Assembly (NCBI GenBank): GCA_036453145.1
Contig: JAZHVT010000003.1
Location: 29,156 to 93,155 of the forward strand
Direction: 5' to 3'
DNA length: 64,000 nucleotides
Origin: Eubacteriales bacterium
GTDB taxonomy: Bacteria; Bacillota; Clostridia; Lachnospirales; Lachnospiraceae
Shown: piece after piece, positions 58,545 to 64,000 of the stretch
Layout of the letters: every line of letters starts with the position of its first letter
How positions within the stretch are numbered: position 1 is the first letter of the stretch
Notes under the pieces: model-generated
The model's database searches: none
What the model saw: the letters and a program-made list of their open reading frames with translations, nothing else
What the model was told of the DNA's origin: nothing
Position numbers and translations under genes: made by a program

Positions 58545-59921
58545 ATGGACTATCGCTTAGAGCATGATTCACTCGGAGAGGTAAAGGTGCCGGCAGATAA
58601 GTACTGGGGTGCCCAGACCGAGCGCAGCCACGAAAATTTCAGAATCGGCGTCGGCATTGAGACAATGCCCCGTGAGATCACACACGCCTTCGGCATCCTG
58701 AAGAAGGCGGCGGCACAGGCCAATCACAGCCTGAAGCCGGAGAAGATGACGGACGAGAAGCTCGCCGCGATCTCGAAGGCATGCGATGAGGTTATTTCCG
58801 GAGAGCTGAACGACAACTTCCCGCTCGTCGTATGGCAGACAGGCTCGGGCACACAGTCCAATATGAACACGAACGAGGTCATTGCGAACCGCGCAAATGA
58901 GATTGCGGGCAAGAAGCTCTGCCATCCGAATGATGATGTCAATATGAGCCAGTCCTCGAACGATACATTCCCGACGGCCATGCACATCGCAGCTGTCATC
59001 GCTCTCGAGGACAAGCTGCTCCCGTCCGCGGAGGCACTTATTGATGCGTTCAAGAAGCTTGAGGCTGAAAATGAGGGCATCGTCAAGTCAGGCCGTACAC
59101 ATCTTCAGGACGCTGTTCCGATCAGGTTCTCACAGGAGATCAGCGGCTGGAGATCTTCTCTTGAGAAGGACGTTGAGCTTGTGAAGCTCGCGCTGAAGCC
59201 GCTCAAGGCTCTGGCACTCGGCGGCACGGCTGTCGGCACAGGCCTCAATGCGCCGGAGGGCTTTGCAAAGCTCGTTGCTGAAAGAGTTTCCGCTCTGACA
59301 GGCAAGGATTTCTACACGGCGGAGAACAAGTTCCACGCGCTGACATCCAAGGATGAAATCGTATTTGCGCACGGCGCTGTCAAGGCAATGGCCTGCGATA
59401 TGATGAAGATCGCTAATGACGTCCGCTGGCTTGCATCCGGCCCGCGTCTCGGTCTCGGTGAGATCACAATCCCTGCCAATGAGCCGGGCTCCTCGATCAT
59501 GCCGGGCAAGGTCAATCCGACACAGTGCGAGCAGGTCACGATGGTTGCTGTTCAGGTTATCGGCAACGATGTCGCCGTCGGTATGGCGGCATCCCAGGGC
59601 AACTTCGAGCTGAATGTGTTCATGCCGGTCATGGCATATAACTTCCTGCAGTCCTGCCGTCTCCTCGCCGAGTCCATGACATCGTTCAAGGACAAGTGCG
59701 TTGTCGGCATCAAGGCAAACAAGCAGAAGATGCATGACAATCTCCACAACTCACTGATGCTTGTCACAGCCCTCAACCCGTACATCGGATATGAGAAGGC
59801 TGCAAAGACATCTCAGCTGGCATTCAAGGAGAACATCTCCCTCAAGGAGGCGTGCGTGAAGCTCGGCTTCCTGACACCGGAAAAATTTGATGAGGTTTTC
59901 CATCCGGAAAACATGGCGTAA
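58545..59921 (+). CDS. fumC: Class II fumarate hydratase
   Basis: WQTGSGTQSNMN, SQSSND, GRTHLQDA, signature GSSIMPGKVNPTQCE; SD GAGGAG. Confidence 0.96.
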   Translation: MDYRLEHDSLGEVKVPADKYWGAQTERSHENFRIGVGIETMPREITHAFGILKKAAAQANHSLKPEKMTDEKLAAISKACDEVISGELNDNFPLVVWQTGSGTQSNMNTNEVIANRANEIAGKKLCHPNDDVNMSQSSNDTFPTAMHIAAVIALEDKLLPSAEALIDAFKKLEAENEGIVKSGRTHLQDAVPIRFSQEISGWRSSLEKDVELVKLALKPLKALALGGTAVGTGLNAPEGFAKLVAERVSALTGKDFYTAENKFHALTSKDEIVFAHGAVKAMACDMMKIANDVRWLASGPRLGLGEITIPANEPGSSIMPGKVNPTQCEQVTMVAVQVIGNDVAVGMAASQGNFELNVFMPVMAYNFLQSCRLLAESMTSFKDKCVVGIKANKQKMHDNLHNSLMLVTALNPYIGYEKAAKTSQLAFKENISLKEACVKLGFLTPEKFDEVFHPENMA

Positions 59922-59927
59922 GACCTG

Positions 59928-59966
59928 GCCGGACGCCGCGGGACTGATCCGGCGGCGCCGGCTTTA
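59928..59966 (+). terminator. Hairpin with weak U-tract after fumC
   Basis: GCCGGACGCCG...CGGCGCCGGC followed only by TTTATT. Confidence 0.5.
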
Positions 59967-60053
59967 TTACATAGAGAACCCCGTATCATGCGCTGCATGA
60001 CATGCGTTCTATATACATACAAGACAACCAAATTGTAGAAAGGAAATCAAACT

Positions 60054-60848
60054 ATGGTCTACAGTTATTTTCCAGGCTGCACTTTGAAGAACAAAGCCAA
60101 GGACCTGGACGCATACGGACGTGCGGCCGCGAAGGCACTCGGTGCTGAGCTGGAAGAAATTCCGGAATGGCAGTGCTGCGGCGGCGTATATCCGCTGAGC
60201 CACGACGAGATTGCAATCAAGCTTTCGTCTGTCCGTGCCCTCGCGTCCGCAAGAGACGCCGGACATGACCTTGTTACCATCTGCTCCGCGTGCCACAACG
60301 TGATCAAGCGGGTAAATGACGACATGGCGAATGACGAGTATGTCTCGACACGCGCTAACAACTATCTCAAGGCAGACGGCATTGAGTATCACGGTGAGAC
60401 GCGCGTTATTCATTTCCTGGAGCTGCTTCGCGATGATATCGGCTACGACAAGGTCAAGGCGGCTGTCAAGAATCCGCTGAAGGGCCAGAAGATCGGTGCG
60501 TACTACGGATGTCTTCTGCTTCGTCCGTCACAGGTTATGGCGATGGACAATGCCGAGAATCCGACCATCATTGAGGACCTGATCAAGGCAGTGGGCGCAA
60601 CACCGGTTGTTTACGCACAGCGCAATGAGTGCTGCGGAGCGTACCTCACGATGGAGGACAGCTCTGTTCCGGAAAAGCGCGTGAAGTCGATTCTTGAAAA
60701 TGCGAAGGCTAACGGTGCCGACACGGTTGTCACAGCGTGCCCGCTCTGCTACTACAATCTGAAGAAGCATTCCGAAGGCACGGGCGTCACCGTGAGATAT
60801 TTCACGGAAGTTCTTGCCGAGGCTCTCGGCGTAAAGGAGGAAATGTAA
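60054..60848 (+). CDS. hdrB: Heterodisulfide reductase subunit B-like (two CCG domains)
   Basis: YFPGC..WQCCGG..TICSAC and YYGCL..ECCGA..TACPLC. Confidence 0.92.
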   Translation: MVYSYFPGCTLKNKAKDLDAYGRAAAKALGAELEEIPEWQCCGGVYPLSHDEIAIKLSSVRALASARDAGHDLVTICSACHNVIKRVNDDMANDEYVSTRANNYLKADGIEYHGETRVIHFLELLRDDIGYDKVKAAVKNPLKGQKIGAYYGCLLLRPSQVMAMDNAENPTIIEDLIKAVGATPVVYAQRNECCGAYLTMEDSSVPEKRVKSILENAKANGADTVVTACPLCYYNLKKHSEGTGVTVRYFTEVLAEALGVKEEM

Positions 60849-61240
60849 TGGCCTCTAATTACGAAGTTACGAAAGACGAAATTCTGGCGATCAGCGGTGT
60901 CAACCCGCTCAAGTGCATGCAGTGCGGCAAGTGCTCCGGCACATGCCCGGCTTATGACGAGATGGAATACCATCCGAACCAGTTCGTCCTCATGGTCGAG
61001 CGCGGTGAGATCGACAAGCTCATGGCATCGAAGTCCATTTACAAATGCATGTCCTGCATGGCCTGCATCGAGAGATGCCCGCGCCAGGTTGAGCCCGCGA
61101 AGCTCGTTGAGGCGATCCGCCTCGCAGTGATCCGCAAGCAGGGGCAGAACCATCTCATTCCGGACGATGTTCCGGCAAAGCTTGATCCGGATCTGCCGCA
61201 GCAGGCACTGGTCAGCGCATTCCGCAAGTATACAAAGTAA
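60848..61240 (+). CDS. hdrC: Heterodisulfide reductase subunit C-like (2x[4Fe-4S])
   Basis: CMQCGKCSGTCP and CMSCMACIERCP; TAATG coupling to hdrB. Confidence 0.9.
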   Translation: MASNYEVTKDEILAISGVNPLKCMQCGKCSGTCPAYDEMEYHPNQFVLMVERGEIDKLMASKSIYKCMSCMACIERCPRQVEPAKLVEAIRLAVIRKQGQNHLIPDDVPAKLDPDLPQQALVSAFRKYTK

Positions 61241-61252
61241 AGGAGAAATACA

Positions 61253-63259
61253 ATGCAAAGAATTGGCGTATTTGTCTGCCATTGCGGTACGAACATTGCG
61301 GCGACAGTTGATGTCAAGGCAGTGGCCAAGGCAATGGAAAAAGAGCCGGGTGTGGTTTTCTCCACGGATTACACATATATGTGCTCCGAGGCCGGACAGA
61401 CACTGGTTCAGGATTCCATCAAGAAGTATGGCCTGACAGGTGTTGTCATCTGCTCCTGCTCTCCGCATATGCATGAGCTGACATTCCAGAAGGCTATCGC
61501 AAAGGCCGGTCTGAACCCGTACATGCTCGAAATCGCGAACATCCGTGAGCAGTGCTCCTGGGTCACGAAGGATATCAAGGTTGCGACGGAGAAGGCTATT
61601 GTCCTTGCCCGCGCAGCAGTCGCTAAGGTTGTTCTGAACAGCCCGCTGACATCCGGTACGACACAGGTCACGAAGAGAGCTCTTGTCATCGGCGGCGGTA
61701 TCGCCGGCATGCAGACGGCACTCGATATTGCAGAGGCCGGCTTCAAGGTTGACCTCGTCGAGAAGAACCCGTCAATCGGCGGCAAGATGGCTCAGCTCGA
61801 CAAGACATTCCCGACGCTTGACTGCGCATCCTGCATCGTCACACCGAAGATGGTTGATGTCGGCCAGAACGAGAATATTCGTATTCTTTCCTATTCGGAA
61901 GTCTCAGAGGTCAGTGGCTTCGTCGGAAACTTCGACGTGAAGATCAAGCGCAAGGCGCGCTACGTCGATGAGGACAAGTGCACGGGCTGCGGTGCCTGCA
62001 CAGAGAAATGTCCGATGAAGAAGATCCCGAACGAGTTCAACCACGACCTGAACAACAGGTCCTGCATTTACATCCCGTTCGCACAGGCTGTCCCGAAGGT
62101 CGCGACAATCGATCCGAGATACTGCCTCATGCTGAACAAGGGCAAGTGCGGTATCTGCTCCAAGGTCTGCCAGGCCGGCGCCATCAACTACAAGGCGAAG
62201 GACGAGTACCTCGAGGAGAAGTACGGCGCAATCGTCGTTGCGACAGGCTATGAGCAGATCAAGGTTGACAAGTATGATGAGTACGCATACTCCCAGAGTC
62301 CGGATGTCGTCACATCCCTCGAGTATGAGCGTCTCATGAACGCGGCAGGACCGACGAACGGTCATCTGCTCCGCCCGTCTGACGGCAAGGAGCCGAAGAA
62401 GATCGTCTGGATTCAGTGCGTGGGCTCCCGTGAGACCTGCGATCCGACCAAGGGTCCGGCAAGAGGTAAGCCGTACTGCTCCAAGGTCTGCTGCATGTAC
62501 ACGGCAAAGCAGGCGATCCTCACCAAGGACCACTATCCGGATACAGACCTCTACGTCTTCTACATCGATGTCCGTACACCGGGCAAGAACTTCGATGAGT
62601 TCTACCGCCGCGCGGTTGAGCAGTACAACGTCCACTACATCAAGGGCCAGGTCGGCAAGGTCACTCCTGAGAACGGCAAGCTGATGGTTCAGGGCTCTGA
62701 TCTTCTTCTCGGTGAACAGGTCCATATCGAGGCGGATATGGTTGTCCTCTCCGCTGCCATTGAGCCGAGCCCGACGGCAAGACCGCTCGCGACAATGCTC
62801 ACGACGCAGATGGATACGAACGACTTCTTTACAGAGGCCCATCCGAAGCTTCGTCCGGTCGAGTCAGCGACAGCAGGTATCTTTCTTTCAGGTATGTGCC
62901 AGGGACCGAAGGATATCCCGGAGACAGTTGCACAGGCTTCCGCGGCAGCGGCAAAGGTCATCGGTCTCCTCTGCAAGAAGGAACTGAAGAACAACGCGTG
63001 CGTCGCTCATCCGAATGAGATGATGTGCAACGGCTGCTCACAGTGCCAGGGTGTCTGCCCGTACGGCGCGATCACATACGTTGAGAAGGAATTCAGAATG
63101 CCGGATCGCACGACGAAGGTTCGCCGCGTCGCTCAGGTCAATGAGGCCGTCTGCCAGGGCTGCGGTGCCTGCACGGTTACCTGCCCGTCCGGAGCTATGG
63201 ACCTCAGAGGCTTCTCGAACCAGGAAATCATGGCGGAGGTAGATGCAATATGTCAGTAA
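61253..63259 (+). CDS. hdrA: Heterodisulfide reductase subunit A-like flavoprotein
   Basis: GVFVCHCG, NIREQCSW, GGGIAG, KTFPTLDC, inserted ferredoxin domain, IQCVGSR, YCSKVCCM, C-terminal ferredoxin. Confidence 0.95.
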   Translation: MQRIGVFVCHCGTNIAATVDVKAVAKAMEKEPGVVFSTDYTYMCSEAGQTLVQDSIKKYGLTGVVICSCSPHMHELTFQKAIAKAGLNPYMLEIANIREQCSWVTKDIKVATEKAIVLARAAVAKVVLNSPLTSGTTQVTKRALVIGGGIAGMQTALDIAEAGFKVDLVEKNPSIGGKMAQLDKTFPTLDCASCIVTPKMVDVGQNENIRILSYSEVSEVSGFVGNFDVKIKRKARYVDEDKCTGCGACTEKCPMKKIPNEFNHDLNNRSCIYIPFAQAVPKVATIDPRYCLMLNKGKCGICSKVCQAGAINYKAKDEYLEEKYGAIVVATGYEQIKVDKYDEYAYSQSPDVVTSLEYERLMNAAGPTNGHLLRPSDGKEPKKIVWIQCVGSRETCDPTKGPARGKPYCSKVCCMYTAKQAILTKDHYPDTDLYVFYIDVRTPGKNFDEFYRRAVEQYNVHYIKGQVGKVTPENGKLMVQGSDLLLGEQVHIEADMVVLSAAIEPSPTARPLATMLTTQMDTNDFFTEAHPKLRPVESATAGIFLSGMCQGPKDIPETVAQASAAAAKVIGLLCKKELKNNACVAHPNEMMCNGCSQCQGVCPYGAITYVEKEFRMPDRTTKVRRVAQVNEAVCQGCGACTVTCPSGAMDLRGFSNQEIMAEVDAICQ

Positions 63260-63696
63260 ATGAAAACAAAGAGTGGAAGCCGCTGATCGTGGCGTTCTGC
63301 TGCAACTGGTGCTCTTATTCCGGTGCTGACACGGCCGGCAACAACCGCGCGTCCTACCCGGATAACGTCAAGATCATCCGCGTTCCGTGCTCCTGCCGTA
63401 TCAACCCGCTGTTTATCCTGAGAGCGTTCCAGAGAGGCGCTGACGGCGTCCTTGTCATGGGCTGCCATCCGGGTGACTGCCATTACACAACGGGAAATTA
63501 TCATACAAGACGGCGTATGACCCTTCTGTTCTCTATGCTGAATTACCTCGGCGTCGAGAGCGCGCGCACCCGCGTTGAGTGGGTATCCGCTGCAGAGGGT
63601 GCAAGATTTGCCGAGGTCGTCACGGATTTCACGAAGACGATCGAGGAGCTTGGTGAAAATCGCAGACTGGAGGATTTGAGATGCAAGACGAACTGA
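63250..63696 (+). CDS. flxD: MvhD/FlxD-type [2Fe-2S] subunit
   Basis: AFCCNWCSY, RVPCSCR, GCHPGDCHY. Confidence 0.9.
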   Translation: MSVNENKEWKPLIVAFCCNWCSYSGADTAGNNRASYPDNVKIIRVPCSCRINPLFILRAFQRGADGVLVMGCHPGDCHYTTGNYHTRRRMTLLFSMLNYLGVESARTRVEWVSAAEGARFAEVVTDFTKTIEELGENRRLEDLRCKTN

Positions 63697-64000
63697 TAAG
63701 GCGTGCCTGTGAGCTTCTTGAGGATGGTACGGTAAATCGGGTACTCGGCTGGCAGAAGGGCCAGTTCGTGTACGACATCACACCGGCTGTCTTCACGAGC
63801 GTAGAGGAAGTCAAGAATAATTTCGTTTACAATGATTTCTGCGGCGCAAACCTGTCCAAGTATCTGCGCTCGGAATCTGAGAAGGAGGGCAAGGTCCTCG
63901 TTTTCCTGAAGCCGTGCGATACATACAGCTTCAACCAGCTGCTCACGGAGTACAAGATCCACCGCGACAATGTGTATGCGGTCGGTATCGAGTGCTACGG
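63681..64000 (+). CDS. FlxC-like Fe-S protein, N-terminal part (truncated by window end)
   Basis: ATG 63681 after GGAGGA: MQDELIRRACELLEDGTVNRVLGWQKG...CGANLSKYL...FLKPCDTYSFNQLL; follows flxD as in hdr-flx clusters. Confidence 0.75.
   Translation, partial: MQDELIRRACELLEDGTVNRVLGWQKGQFVYDITPAVFTSVEEVKNNFVYNDFCGANLSKYLRSESEKEGKVLVFLKPCDTYSFNQLLTEYKIHRDNVYAVGIECY

Noticed and set aside
61253-63696. Selenocysteine recoding in HdrA or FlxD
   Set aside because: Both ORFs are uninterrupted, with Cys at the usual positions and no in-frame TGA.

Overview
Moderately GC-rich core-chromosome segment of an anaerobic Clostridia-class bacterium, most likely Lachnospiraceae (inferred from gene content and order). 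No prophage, IS transposase, CRISPR array, rRNA or tRNA is visible. Left to right: end of a V/A-type ATPase operon (E,C,F,A,B,D) with an appended 862-aa membrane-anchored protein; liv ABC transporter; asnS; exoA-glf; a CobW-like GTPase; a LexA-boxed rmuC-addB-addA operon; prfB with its +1 frameshift; hom plus an aspartokinase homologue; Na/Pi cotransporter; DUF1858/ferredoxin; mecA; GH18-DivIVA-like-sua5-upp-dCMP deaminase; proS-cca-nth-trmL; pgm; hup-yabO-divIC-tilS-hpt-ftsH; GH13; rex; fumC; and the start of an hdrBCA-flxDC cluster. Most notable observations: (1) the aspartokinase homologue has nearly all catalytic motifs replaced but intact ACT domains, an internal beta-subunit start, and sits in frame with hom across a single TAA (candidate regulatory pseudoenzyme); (2) two related families of REP/REPIN-like palindromes in at least seven intergenic loci, one pair bracketing rmuC-addBA; (3) a divergent Rex next to fumC and an Hdr-Flx module; (4) absence of yabP, yabQ and spoIIE from their usual locus; (5) a leaderless-type mecA promoter and Pho-like 11-bp periodic boxes. 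All assignments come from motif recognition by eye, without database searches.
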